This document shows positions 9,631 through 19,111 of a stretch of 56,529 bases of DNA, piece by piece. Position numbers and translations under genes: made by a program. The notes below the pieces were generated by a model that did no database searches, was not told the origin of the DNA, and saw only the letters and a list, made by a program, of their open reading frames with translations. Every line of letters begins with the position of its first letter. Position 1 is the stretch's first letter. The DNA comes from a virus (Duplodnaviria; Caudoviricetes). The stretch lies in the IMG/VR virus record IMGVR_UViG_3300032291_001333, positions 1 to 56,529 of that record, one strand, 5' to 3'.

Positions 9631-10413
9631 TTACACACAACCGCCTTTTTTCCGCAGCCGGATGTTTTTCTGAAAGTTCTCTGCGCCCTTCTTCTCCATA
9701 CGGAGAGGACGGTCGTAAGCATCCTCCAGCTTCTTCATCTCTTCTGCAGTAGGGGTGGATACCATTGCCTCTTTCCGCTCGACAGCAGCAGAACGAGTCA
9801 CCGGCATGCCACCATCAGCCTTTTTTACTGCGCCACCCTTCTTGAAGGTGCCTGACAGCTTGCTGATACTCACAGGGGGAGTAGGCTTCTTCTTCCCCTG
9901 CGGCATCTCGACGGCGCGTCCATCATCCTGCACGGACCCACCGTCAGCAAACTTTTTTACAGCACCACCCTTCTTGAAGCCGCCCTGACCTTTAACGACG
10001 CCACCGGTCTTGTAACCACCTTGACCTTTGACTACGCCACCGGTCTTCAGGCCCTTGTGGGCCTTCGATGCAGGCTTGTCGGCATGAGCCTTCAGTTCGG
10101 CTTTGGTCGCTTCCTTGGCATGCATCGCCTTGGATTCAACCTCGCCGCCCTTCTTAGCCATCATCGGAGCAGCCATGCCCTTGCGGCCCATCATTGCGCG
10201 GCGACGCTCAGCCAACGAAGGCTTTGCGGGAGCAGCGGCAGCGGGAGCGGGAGCGGACATGCGCGAACGCATCGCAGGCATTGCGGACATATTACCCATC
10301 GGACCGCCAGCCATCTTCTTCACCGGCTTGCAGACCGAACCACCTTTTTTGAGCTTCAGAACAACCGAAGGTTCGGTCGTCTGCATTTTCACCATCGGCT
10401 TAAATTGGCCCAT
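9631..10413 (-). CDS. Lys/Gly-rich basic protein with about 10 xKxGG-x-V repeats (putative internal head protein)
   Basis: LKKGGSV, AKKGGEV, LKTGGVV, YKTGGVV, FKKGGAV (x2), FADGGSV, KADGG, RKKGGCV. Confidence 0.8.
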   Translation of the reverse strand: MGQFKPMVKMQTTEPSVVLKLKKGGSVCKPVKKMAGGPMGNMSAMPAMRSRMSAPAPAAAAPAKPSLAERRRAMMGRKGMAAPMMAKKGGEVESKAMHAKEATKAELKAHADKPASKAHKGLKTGGVVKGQGGYKTGGVVKGQGGFKKGGAVKKFADGGSVQDDGRAVEMPQGKKKPTPPVSISKLSGTFKKGGAVKKADGGMPVTRSAAVERKEAMVSTPTAEEMKKLEDAYDRPLRMEKKGAENFQKNIRLRKKGGCV

Positions 10414-10415
10414 GA

Positions 10416-11108
10416 TTAACGCTCCTTGGCAGCAAAGATGTAGTCAACGGTCATCGTTTTGGCGACAGCTTCACCATTCTGGATCGCAAACGAAACAGTC
10501 ATGTCTTCGTCGTCAGGCAGGTTAGTGGTGGCAGAAGCGCCGCCAATCACGCCGTTGACAAAGTATTGAATGCTCGACACGCCATCGTAGTAGAAGCCAA
10601 GGCGAATGAAGGTATCACTCACCAGCGTAGCTACAGCAGAGGTCGTGGTTGCAGTGCCGTTCTTCTCGACCAACAGGTTCACCGTAGCGACACCGTCAGC
10701 TTTGATAAAGAACACGCCATCAGAGACATCAAGCGGCGACGAGTCGGTAATCTGCAGGCCGACGACGACATCCGATTGCGTAGCATCACTGACCTTGAGG
10801 CGGGCTTCAAAGAACAGCTTCTTGCCAACTTCAAAGCGGAAAGACTCGCCCACCTTCTGCAGCGCAACCAGATCGTCGTCGGCAGCGGTGTTGGTCAGCA
10901 GGAGCAGACCACCATCGCCATCCGTCAGAGCCTGAGTCGCGCCAGCTTGCGACTCAGTCACGGTCCAATTGGCAGCAGTGTAGTAGTCGAAATCTTCGAA
11001 GTAAGTGTGGAAAAGAGTCGGCACCGGGGCGATGAAGTCGGCAAAGGGCGAACCCTCGCCTACGTTCGTAACGCCTGACGGGAACCGAGTATTAGTGATA
11101 TTAGGCAT
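10416..11108 (-). CDS. Putative capsid-associated (decoration) protein
   Basis: Directly downstream of the major capsid gene; likely ATG at 11108 after GAGGAG; beta-sandwich-like composition. Confidence 0.65.
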   Translation of the reverse strand: MPNITNTRFPSGVTNVGEGSPFADFIAPVPTLFHTYFEDFDYYTAANWTVTESQAGATQALTDGDGGLLLLTNTAADDDLVALQKVGESFRFEVGKKLFFEARLKVSDATQSDVVVGLQITDSSPLDVSDGVFFIKADGVATVNLLVEKNGTATTTSAVATLVSDTFIRLGFYYDGVSSIQYFVNGVIGGASATTNLPDDEDMTVSFAIQNGEAVAKTMTVDYIFAAKER

Positions 11109-11160
11109 AACCAAAACTCCTCAGTGAACGGGAAGGGTGTTACCCCATCCCGTATTCCCG

Positions 11161-12075
11161 TTAGATACCCGGAGTGCCGTAAGCACAACGCGGATCGGTG
11201 AAGCCAACGTCATAACGCTCGGTAGCCTTGTAACGCATGGAGTCGGTTTCAAAATCACCTTCCATCGTTTTTTCAAGCTTCCGACGCATCATCAGCTTCA
11301 GACCTTCCGGCGCATCCGTCTGCACCCACCATGCGGTAGGCGAAGTCAGACGCGACAGAACAGCAGCGCCTTCGTCCAGCAGCCCAATCGATTTGATCGG
11401 GTTGATGTCGTTGTTGGCGTTACCGGCCCGCAGGACGCTCTTCAGCAGAACTTCCGCTTGGAATACGTTGCCCGGAGCAACAACCAGTTGCTTCGGCACC
11501 AGACGGATTTTCTTGCCGTTGTTGTCCACAGCCGAACGGATTTGGATCAGCATCTGCTCCAGCGACGTTTGCGACAGGTTAGCCGCAGTCGTCAGCAGGT
11601 TGCTGAACGTGCCGTTGACAATCGGATGGCTCGCGCTGTTCAGTTGAACGCCGTCGCCGCCCGGATAGGAGCTGTTGAACGCACGGTTCAGGATGTTCGC
11701 GCTCAGCGTCTCCTTGGTTTCAATCAGGGACTGCGCCAAGTGCTTGGCGTAGACCTGACCGATACGGATGTGATCGCCGTCCTCGACCAGAACTTTGGTC
11801 AGCGCGAATGCAAGGCCGTAGACCTTGTAAACGTAACGCTTCAGGAACAGCACACCACCTTGCTGGTAAGTGACCGGGGTGCCGTCCGGAAGCTCCGGAG
11901 CAGCGCCAAAGCCATACAGCACCGGCTCTTCGTGGTAGTTGCGGGGAATGCCGTTCTGCTCGCGGAAAACACGCGACCATTCATCGGCACGTTGATCGTA
12001 AACGCCGTCGAAACACTCGTTGAGGATTGGCTCAACAATCGAACGGAAATCTGTGCTGCGCATCGGGGCTGACAT
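11161..12075 (-). CDS. Major capsid protein (HK97-fold, Mu gpT-like family)
   Basis: 304 aa; YGLAFALT...EDG, NILNRAF...GDGVQL.SASHP, LVVAP, GDFETDSMRYKATERY motifs; strong AAGGAGGG RBS; follows scaffold and cement genes. Confidence 0.88.
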   Translation of the reverse strand: MSAPMRSTDFRSIVEPILNECFDGVYDQRADEWSRVFREQNGIPRNYHEEPVLYGFGAAPELPDGTPVTYQQGGVLFLKRYVYKVYGLAFALTKVLVEDGDHIRIGQVYAKHLAQSLIETKETLSANILNRAFNSSYPGGDGVQLNSASHPIVNGTFSNLLTTAANLSQTSLEQMLIQIRSAVDNNGKKIRLVPKQLVVAPGNVFQAEVLLKSVLRAGNANNDINPIKSIGLLDEGAAVLSRLTSPTAWWVQTDAPEGLKLMMRRKLEKTMEGDFETDSMRYKATERYDVGFTDPRCAYGTPGI

Positions 12076-12090
12076 TTTTTAGCCCTCCTT

Positions 12091-12663
12091 TTAGATCGCG
12101 TTAGCAACAGCAGTGTATTGATGCTCACTGATGGTTGCGCGGACGATGGTGTAAGAATCACCCCAAGCATTGTCGGGGTAGGGAGCGAGGTCAACAATGC
12201 GCATCTGTGCCGGGTTGCCAGCACCCGCTAGGGTCGTGGACAGAGTAGCTTGCGACAGGCCGGTCGTGGTCGAGCCAGCAGTCGTGTTCGACAGATCGGC
12301 CTCGGCACCGATGGCGGTTTGCGCCAGCGAGCCTGCAGCTTGAATCTCATACACGATGTTGGGATCGCTGTAGAAATACGCCACGCACGAACCGGTCTGG
12401 TATGCGGTGTTCGCAGGCCAGTAGTTCGAAACGCGACGACGACCGGTAGTGTCAGTCCACTCGACGCCAGCGAAGGCACCAAGGAACGAATCACCAGCAG
12501 CAGCAATTTGGATTTGACCACTGGTATCCATCTTGACGGGTTGACCCTTCAGGATGTCATTCGTATAGCCACTCAGAATCCCATCAGCAAGCGCCTGTGC
12601 GCGATCCAGACCGGAAGGGTGGAACGCAGGACGCATACCGAAGGGAGCATTAGTCGAAGACAT
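12091..12663 (-). CDS. Capsid cement/decoration-type protein
   Basis: 190 aa, APFGMRP start, GAFAGVEW, DPNIVYEIQ; directly upstream of the capsid gene. Confidence 0.65.
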   Translation of the reverse strand: MSSTNAPFGMRPAFHPSGLDRAQALADGILSGYTNDILKGQPVKMDTSGQIQIAAAGDSFLGAFAGVEWTDTTGRRRVSNYWPANTAYQTGSCVAYFYSDPNIVYEIQAAGSLAQTAIGAEADLSNTTAGSTTTGLSQATLSTTLAGAGNPAQMRIVDLAPYPDNAWGDSYTIVRATISEHQYTAVANAI

Positions 12664-12680
12664 AATTTACTCCTTAATTG

Positions 12681-13220
12681 TTAGCCCTGAAAAATCGGGG
12701 CAGGTATCGGTTTGTCAATTTCGCCAAGTCCTTCGCCTTCTATCGCGCCCAGACGTTTGCCTGAACTGTCGCGGCCTTGAATCTGCTCTGCTTGAACGCG
12801 AATTTTGTTCGCCTCTTCAAGCGGCGCTTCGTGATGCACTTGCGCCATCACATCCTGATAAACATCCATCGGGAGTTTGTAGAGCAGCATTTCATTGCAT
12901 GCAACAAAACCCACATGCTCGCCAGCCTTTACGCGGAAATTGTCGAACCCGGCCACTTCTTCTGCCTTCACAGGCACATAGCCGAGTCGCATCCGCTTGT
13001 CGATGCTGTCATAGCTGTTGGTAGTCGATAACCAGCAAAGGTGCCAGCCCGGAATCTCCGGGATACTTGGCAGCGCACTTTGTGTCCACTCTTCCTTCCA
13101 CATCTTGCGACGTTCTTCAGCAGAGACGAACTGATCTTCTGGGGCCGCACGTTCAGCATCTTCCGACGCACGATTGGTTCGGCCACCAGCAGAAAGATTT
13201 TTCTTAATTCGGGAATCCAT
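12681..13220 (-). CDS. Conserved head-module protein
   Basis: 179 aa, PEIPGWHLCWLST...LGYVPVK...MLLYKLP; lies between scaffold and capsid genes. Confidence 0.7.
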   Translation of the reverse strand: MDSRIKKNLSAGGRTNRASEDAERAAPEDQFVSAEERRKMWKEEWTQSALPSIPEIPGWHLCWLSTTNSYDSIDKRMRLGYVPVKAEEVAGFDNFRVKAGEHVGFVACNEMLLYKLPMDVYQDVMAQVHHEAPLEEANKIRVQAEQIQGRDSSGKRLGAIEGEGLGEIDKPIPAPIFQG

Positions 13221-13223
13221 GTT

Positions 13224-14300
13224 TTAGCTCCTTTGAGTGTTGTTTTTTGCTTCGTTCATGTAGCGACGGATCATGCGTTCGCGTGATTGCGTGTCATCCC
13301 ACATTCCGGCGTCTTTAATCGCCTTCACATGCTCGGCAGAAAGAATGAATCGATTCTTCTTCCCGCTCGATGACGAACTTTCGCGTCCTGATCCCGTAAC
13401 AACACTCCTCGGTCTGCTTTGCCGCGCACCTTCTGTGCGCCGATGAGAATTCCCATCCTCGTCATTAGTATAGTGGTGCGGCAATCGTTTCTGCAAGCGT
13501 GAATCAAGCTCTTCCCAATACTCAGGAGTTTTGGGGTCCCAACCCTCTTTTGCCATGCGACGATCAACCGCCAAAGCGATTGCGGAATCCTCGTCACTCT
13601 CAGCCGGGTCATACCACGGATTGCGCTCCATCCACGACGCAGCAAGTCGTTGCAGCGTCTTGTCCGGACCGGCAGACGCCGCCCTCGGATTGGATGTAGC
13701 AGCTTGCTTCTTCAGATTGGTCAATGCCTCATGAGCGCGACGGGCCTCATACAGCAGGTCCTGCGCATCAGTCATGGAATCGCCGTCCTGATTCTTCGTC
13801 GCCTCGGCAATCTTCATCTTGGCGTAGTTGATGCGGACCTCTTGGTCCTCGATTGCCTTATTAATCCGCCCAAGCTCAGCGCCGTGGGTGCGCTGCTCTA
13901 CAGACTGAAGTCGCTGAGACAGTTCTTGGTTCTGCTTCAGCAACTGATTGAATTTTAAGTCTTTTTCTTTCTGCTGCTGACGCTGGAACTGCTTTTTCGC
14001 CCGACGCCGGTCGCGCTTCGCTTGGCGGATCGCTTCGGTGTCGTCTTCGTGGTCGTCGTCTTCCGCCGCGACTGACGATTCTGAATCGCCTGCTCCGGCA
14101 TCGTCACCAGACCCGTCACCGTCATTGGCAGAGGTGTCGCCAGCTTGACTATCGCCTGCTTTATCGCTTGCCAGATTTTCATCGTTGCTCTCCTGTAAGC
14201 CTTCAACACCATCAACTACGATGCTGCCGTCAGCCTCCTCGATAATGCTCAGAGAGGCGGCATTTTCTTCCTGTGCCGCAGCCTTGTCTGTTGCGTTCAT
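13224..14300 (-). CDS. Putative scaffolding protein
   Basis: Acidic N-terminus, long coiled coil, WMERNPWY...YWEELDSRL motif; head-module position. Confidence 0.7.
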   Translation of the reverse strand: MNATDKAAAQEENAASLSIIEEADGSIVVDGVEGLQESNDENLASDKAGDSQAGDTSANDGDGSGDDAGAGDSESSVAAEDDDHEDDTEAIRQAKRDRRRAKKQFQRQQQKEKDLKFNQLLKQNQELSQRLQSVEQRTHGAELGRINKAIEDQEVRINYAKMKIAEATKNQDGDSMTDAQDLLYEARRAHEALTNLKKQAATSNPRAASAGPDKTLQRLAASWMERNPWYDPAESDEDSAIALAVDRRMAKEGWDPKTPEYWEELDSRLQKRLPHHYTNDEDGNSHRRTEGARQSRPRSVVTGSGRESSSSSGKKNRFILSAEHVKAIKDAGMWDDTQSRERMIRRYMNEAKNNTQRS

Positions 14301-14309
14301 GTCGTCTCC

Positions 14310-14753
14310 TTAGATGAAAGCTTTGATTGCCATCGGATCGCCAGTGAGCTTTCCGATAATTTCATGATCATTCAGAACCATGAAAAGTGCTGGGTCTTCA
14401 AAGTCGTCATCGCCGGGGACGCGAACTTCCCAACGATCACCGCCCCACTTCGGGACGCGAATGAAGTCACCCACTTCACACCATGATCCCTCAGGCCATG
14501 ACTCCATCGTGTCGCGCTTCTTGAATGCCAGCGGACCGATGTCAATGACCTTTGCAACCATGTTGTTCCACTTCTCAGTCTCCTTCGTCTCTTCGACAAG
14601 GATGATTCCTGCAGATGTTGCTTTCTTCTTCGTGCGACGAAGCTGCACAAGAATTCTTGCGCCTAGCGGTTTAACTCCGGGATCAACGCTCGGAAATGCC
14701 CAAGCAATCTCTGCCGCGTTACCGGCTACCGGTTTACTGTTGTCGTTCATCAT
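14310..14753 (-). CDS. groES: GroES/Cpn10-like co-chaperonin
   Basis: VKPLGARILVQ...TSAGIIL (mobile loop)...AKVIDIGP...VGDFI...LNDHEIIG. Confidence 0.85.
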   Translation of the reverse strand: MMNDNSKPVAGNAAEIAWAFPSVDPGVKPLGARILVQLRRTKKKATSAGIILVEETKETEKWNNMVAKVIDIGPLAFKKRDTMESWPEGSWCEVGDFIRVPKWGGDRWEVRVPGDDDFEDPALFMVLNDHEIIGKLTGDPMAIKAFI

Positions 14754-14922
14754 CTTCCTTCAATAAGTTATTCAGGATATTCAGAGCCTTTTCAAGCCCT
14801 TGATGTTCGTAGACCAGCTTCAGGTAAGCCTCGTAATTCGCTGCATTTCCAGCAACCAAGGATGCGGCTATTTCAGCCTGCCTTACTTTGACTTTGCCTA
14901 CGAAGTCTTCAACGTATCTCAT
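14734..14922 (-). CDS. Small conserved protein between portal and GroES
   Basis: 62 aa, helical, overlaps the groES start. Confidence 0.7.
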   Translation of the reverse strand: MRYVEDFVGKVKVRQAEIAASLVAGNAANYEAYLKLVYEHQGLEKALNILNNLLKEDDERQQ

Positions 14923-14925
14923 AGA

Positions 14926-15063
14926 TTAGGCGTTCTTTTTGTCTACCCCCTTGCCGCTCGGCAGTTCAGGTTGCGGGATCGACTTACCATCAGTCGCACC
15001 TTGCGCCAGCCGCTTGTGTTGCGGAATGGCTGCGCTTTGCTGCTCTTTGTCACCGGTTGCCAT
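14926..15063 (-). CDS. 45-aa protein missing from the ORF track
   Basis: AGGAGG RBS, ATG at 15063; MATGDKEQQSAAIPQHKRLAQG...KKNA*; fills the gap after the portal gene. Confidence 0.7.
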   Translation of the reverse strand: MATGDKEQQSAAIPQHKRLAQGATDGKSIPQPELPSGKGVDKKNA

Positions 15064-15072
15064 ATGGCCTCC

Positions 15073-17577
15073 TTATTGAGTCAAACCACGTTGCACTGCG
15101 TTTTGCAGGGCCACAACAGACTCTCCCTGCTCCTTTTTCAGTCTTGCCGCCTCAAGCGTCAATCCCAAAGTTTCCATGCGTTCTTTCGTGAGATTGTTTT
15201 CAGTGTTCATTGCCACATCAATCTCTTGGCCTCTCGACTTCAGCGCATTATCGCTCTGATCTTTCTGAGCGCGAAGGCCCAATTCAGCTTGATCACGCTT
15301 AGCCCTGCGCTCAGTCTCGGCCATCGAAGCCTTCAGGACGGCATGCGCATCCGGCGTCAGTTGCGGCTCCGGCTTCAGTTGCTGAACGATCTGCATCAGT
15401 TGCTGCAAGATCGGCATGAACGCCTGCATGTCTTCATTGGCGTCGATGTTCACATGATCCGCAGCAATCGCCATCGCCTTATCAATCTCCGGCACAAGCT
15501 TGCTGTCGGCGTATTTCTTATCACTGATCCCAGCAGGGACCGTGACGTAACTGCTCATCTTCTGCGTATACCAGAGCATCATGTGCTGCTTCACATGCTC
15601 GATGACCTTCGGCACAAAGGCAGGGGCGATGATCGGATTGGAGCCAAACATCGGATTCTGCGCGAAGGACAGGTGAGCGGCGATGTGCGCAAGATGATCC
15701 TGACGCGGGTAGGCTACAGCGATCCTGCCCATAGCCATCGCAGAGTTCTCATCAGCAGCATGCATCTCAATCGGCTTGCTGTATTCCGGCATCAGTTCCT
15801 GAATGTTCGGGATTTTCATCTGACGCAAGGCTCTTGCAATAGCCGCCCGCTTGCTCATGACGTCCGGATTCTTCTCAGCCAGCGCAAGCACAGCCTGCGT
15901 CTGGGCCATCCGTTGCGTCTCGCTGAAGATGTGCGGATCAGATACCGGCAGGATGTCCGTGTTGCGCTTGAAGTCATCCTTGCTGATCGGCAGATCAATC
16001 ACAACGTCGCCGCGCTTCTGCTCATCCAGATACCAGCGGTTGATACGCTGCAGGATCATCAGCAGGCGACGCTGCGAGTTATGCATGCGGGCATGGATGC
16101 TGGAGAATACAGCCGCACCCTGCTCGATCAGCGCCTGCGTCGTGCCTACCGGCGCATTGCTGTTGATGTCGGCAATCTTCTCTTCAGCCGTGGTCACAAC
16201 ACCCTTTGCCGCACTCGACAGCCAGCCAAGCAGTTGGAACAGCACAGGGCTTGGTGCATTGAACGGGAACGGCATCGCAATCTTACGGATGTCGTCTACC
16301 CCCGGAGCGCCCTCAATCTCCGCGACCTGAGTGACCTCGACCTGCTGGGACTGTCCGGAGATTTTGGCTCCCTTGAGCTTGAGCATAGTGGCCGCATTGT
16401 TAATGTGCGCACTATCAAGCAAAGCACGAAGAGCGCCAGTAAGAGCAGCAGACATACCACCAATAAGGTGGGGCAGGCCAATCGCATACGCACCTCGCCA
16501 CGGAATGAATTTATACTCTACGATCCAGTCCATCTTCTGCATCGTCGTATCTTCTTCTTCCCAATTGCGATACAGGCCAAGAGTGCTGTTGTCGGCCTCA
16601 TCAAGCATCAGGATATATGGAGCAGACTCACCCTTCGTCTTCGGGTCATCCTCAAGCTCCAGCCATGTGTAGATGTGATACACACGACGCGGCACATCGT
16701 CTGCGTCTTGGAACTTCTTGCCTTCAATCTTCTCGTTCGCCTTGGCTGCTGCAGTCTGCTCCGGCTCCATCGTTGACTTGATGTAGCTGGAATCGATATA
16801 CAGGCCACGCGCTACACGGTTCTTGAACTCCCACTCCGAGATGTCCTGCTGCTCGGTCACGCGCTGGGCGGTGTAGAAGTTCGCCGCCGTGTAGGGCAGA
16901 AGGATGTTGTCAATCGGAATGAACTCAGCGACCGGACGCTTCTTCTGGTCGTCCCAATAAAGCTTCAGGAACTGACTACCACCCAGCGGCAACTGCGTCA
17001 GCAACTGCTCCTGCTCGTCACGGAACTCCTCGATCTGGTCGGTCAACTGCCAGTTCATGTAGTCGCGCTTGCGGCTGGCAATCTCTTCCTTCTCGTCGTT
17101 AGTCTCACCGACGATGTTGATCCTTGTCGGACCCTCAGGCGGGAACATCTCCTTCGAAGCGCGGGCAGCGAAGTCGATGCAAGCCTCGGCCATGATCGGA
17201 TGCACAACCTTCGAAGCGCCGGAGAATGAAGCGCCACCGGGGGCATCATTGCCCATACCAGTCCTACGCAAGCCTTCCTCGTATTTCTTGTCGCGCTCTT
17301 CCCTTGCGTCGCGGTCCTTGTCGATCAGGTCGAAGTAGCGGATGGCGATCTTGTCCAGATCGAATGCGTCAACCTTCTCGGCCAGATTGGCATAGAAGTC
17401 GTCGCCGTCATCCTCGGCCTCATCCTCACCTACCGTGACGACTACAGAGCCATCAGCAAGCTCCTCAAGCTCTTGCTCGCCATCCTCGACCTCGACCTCG
17501 ACGTCGATGTCATCAGGCAGATCGCTTATCCCTTCAATGAACCGGTTAAATTCAGGATCAATGGGCATCTCAGCCAT
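15073..17577 (-). CDS. Portal protein (P22-like)
   Basis: 834 aa; FYANLAE, F.GASKVVHP, YMNWQL, LPLGGS.F.KLYWD, GLPHLIGG...ALRALLDSA, PVGTT.ALIE motifs; C-terminal coiled-coil barrel. Confidence 0.9.
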   Translation of the reverse strand: MAEMPIDPEFNRFIEGISDLPDDIDVEVEVEDGEQELEELADGSVVVTVGEDEAEDDGDDFYANLAEKVDAFDLDKIAIRYFDLIDKDRDAREERDKKYEEGLRRTGMGNDAPGGASFSGASKVVHPIMAEACIDFAARASKEMFPPEGPTRINIVGETNDEKEEIASRKRDYMNWQLTDQIEEFRDEQEQLLTQLPLGGSQFLKLYWDDQKKRPVAEFIPIDNILLPYTAANFYTAQRVTEQQDISEWEFKNRVARGLYIDSSYIKSTMEPEQTAAAKANEKIEGKKFQDADDVPRRVYHIYTWLELEDDPKTKGESAPYILMLDEADNSTLGLYRNWEEEDTTMQKMDWIVEYKFIPWRGAYAIGLPHLIGGMSAALTGALRALLDSAHINNAATMLKLKGAKISGQSQQVEVTQVAEIEGAPGVDDIRKIAMPFPFNAPSPVLFQLLGWLSSAAKGVVTTAEEKIADINSNAPVGTTQALIEQGAAVFSSIHARMHNSQRRLLMILQRINRWYLDEQKRGDVVIDLPISKDDFKRNTDILPVSDPHIFSETQRMAQTQAVLALAEKNPDVMSKRAAIARALRQMKIPNIQELMPEYSKPIEMHAADENSAMAMGRIAVAYPRQDHLAHIAAHLSFAQNPMFGSNPIIAPAFVPKVIEHVKQHMMLWYTQKMSSYVTVPAGISDKKYADSKLVPEIDKAMAIAADHVNIDANEDMQAFMPILQQLMQIVQQLKPEPQLTPDAHAVLKASMAETERRAKRDQAELGLRAQKDQSDNALKSRGQEIDVAMNTENNLTKERMETLGLTLEAARLKKEQGESVVALQNAVQRGLTQ

Positions 17578-19111
17578 ATTTGCGCTTCCTCTGTTTATTC
17601 AGTGTGGCGAGTCGCATGGCGTCCATGCTGACCGGCTTGCGGACAACGCCGCCCTTCCTGTATTGCTCTGGCTCCTCTTCGGTCGCCATCATACCCGCAC
17701 CTACCGCACCAGCGACAGGAGCAAGTTGATACAGCGGCTGGCCCTGCGTCGTGATGCTCTCCCGCATCTCCGGCGTGATGTCGAACGAGTGATACGGGAC
17801 GTTGCTCATCTGGTCGGCTGCGGCCTGAGCCTCTTCCATCGTCGGATACTTGGCCACAGTCCCACCGCCCGGACGGATAACGGCAAATCCTTCACCGCGA
17901 TTTTCCCTCACAACCTCAAAATCACGCAGCTTCAGCGGATGCTGACCAACCTCGATGCCGTATTGATTCTTGATGTATGACGGCAGCATCTTGTCATAAA
18001 AGCCCTGCATCCCCTCAAGCAAGTCTTCTTTTCCGTATCGCATCGTTTGCTCAGAACCCGGCGTGATGATCACTCGGTCGTAACCGCCCTTAACCGCGTC
18101 ATCCATCAGACGCTTCATCACAAGCTCATGCCAGTTCTTTTTGAAAGGCGCGTCAGGGACGCCGCCATGCGTTTTTGGCATAGACTCTTGATTTGTAAGC
18201 CGGTTATATTCTTCCGCTTCTTCTGGAGACAACTTGCCTTCGGCCTTTAACTTCGCATCCAGATCATTTAATCGATTCAGGTTAATGTAACCTTCTTTTC
18301 TTCCGCGCTGGTGCCAGTCGGATTGAATCTCATCAATCAACATGATCTTCTCGCCGTTCTGGCCAGTCATATCTTGAACGCGGGCATGAGCTAGAAGATT
18401 CTTGCCTTCACCGCCGAAATGTTTTGAAGAAAACGTCTTGCTCTTGTCGGCGTCTTTTGAAGCAGTGCTTGCGCTATCAATTCCATAATTGATCAGCGCC
18501 TGCTCTGGCGTAGAAACAGGAGCGCCGCTTCTTTGAGATACCCAATTCCCATCTGGACCAATCACCTTGTATTTGGCTTGATGTGTGAATCTGTCATACT
18601 CGAAATCACCTACCGTGTAGCCCTCCTGTTGAAGCTCAGCAAGCGTCTTCGGCCTCACCGGCTTAGCTTTAGGCTCCGGCAAATGGAACAGCACCTCACG
18701 GTAGTTCTCGCCGCCCGGAGTCCTGTAATCACCCCATTCTTCCGCACCATAAAATACACCCGGCTCTCCCGGCTCTCTCTGTAATTCGTCCACTTCAAAA
18801 TATGTATTGCCCTTCACCTGCGGCGGCGGGTTCTCATCGGCAAGCTTCTGAAGGTCGGCACCTGATACTTTGCCCTTCCCCTTCAATGCGACATCAAGCC
18901 CTCGATCCTTCACCTCTGCAGGCTTCACGCCCTTCGTCTTCAGGATCATCGCCAGATACTGATCACCAGTTCCCTTCGGCTGCTTCTCCGTGATCTCTGT
19001 GATTGCCTTATCGACGGCTGAATAGAACGGGCGCTGCATGGCACTCTCCGCAGCCTTTGGTGCCATCTTCTTGATTGCAGAAAGGCCGGGGCGGACCAAT
19101 AAGCTGCTCAT
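17570..19111 (-). CDS. Putative internal virion/polyvalent-type protein (DEIQSDW domain)
   Basis: FYSAV..., PGGENYRE, HF...NLLAHARV, IDEIQSDWHQ, PDAPFK..W, GM.GFYD motifs; C-terminal YRKGGVV tag. Confidence 0.7.
   Translation of the reverse strand: MSSLLVRPGLSAIKKMAPKAAESAMQRPFYSAVDKAITEITEKQPKGTGDQYLAMILKTKGVKPAEVKDRGLDVALKGKGKVSGADLQKLADENPPPQVKGNTYFEVDELQREPGEPGVFYGAEEWGDYRTPGGENYREVLFHLPEPKAKPVRPKTLAELQQEGYTVGDFEYDRFTHQAKYKVIGPDGNWVSQRSGAPVSTPEQALINYGIDSASTASKDADKSKTFSSKHFGGEGKNLLAHARVQDMTGQNGEKIMLIDEIQSDWHQRGRKEGYINLNRLNDLDAKLKAEGKLSPEEAEEYNRLTNQESMPKTHGGVPDAPFKKNWHELVMKRLMDDAVKGGYDRVIITPGSEQTMRYGKEDLLEGMQGFYDKMLPSYIKNQYGIEVGQHPLKLRDFEVVRENRGEGFAVIRPGGGTVAKYPTMEEAQAAADQMSNVPYHSFDITPEMRESITTQGQPLYQLAPVAGAVGAGMMATEEEPEQYRKGGVVRKPVSMDAMRLATLNKQRKRKYG

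Noticed and set aside
11137-12072. 311-aa plus-strand ORF
   Set aside because: Antisense shadow of the major capsid gene
14800-16776. 658-aa plus-strand ORF
   Set aside because: Antisense shadow of the portal gene; His/Arg/Leu-rich composition from codon bias; no motifs or RBS
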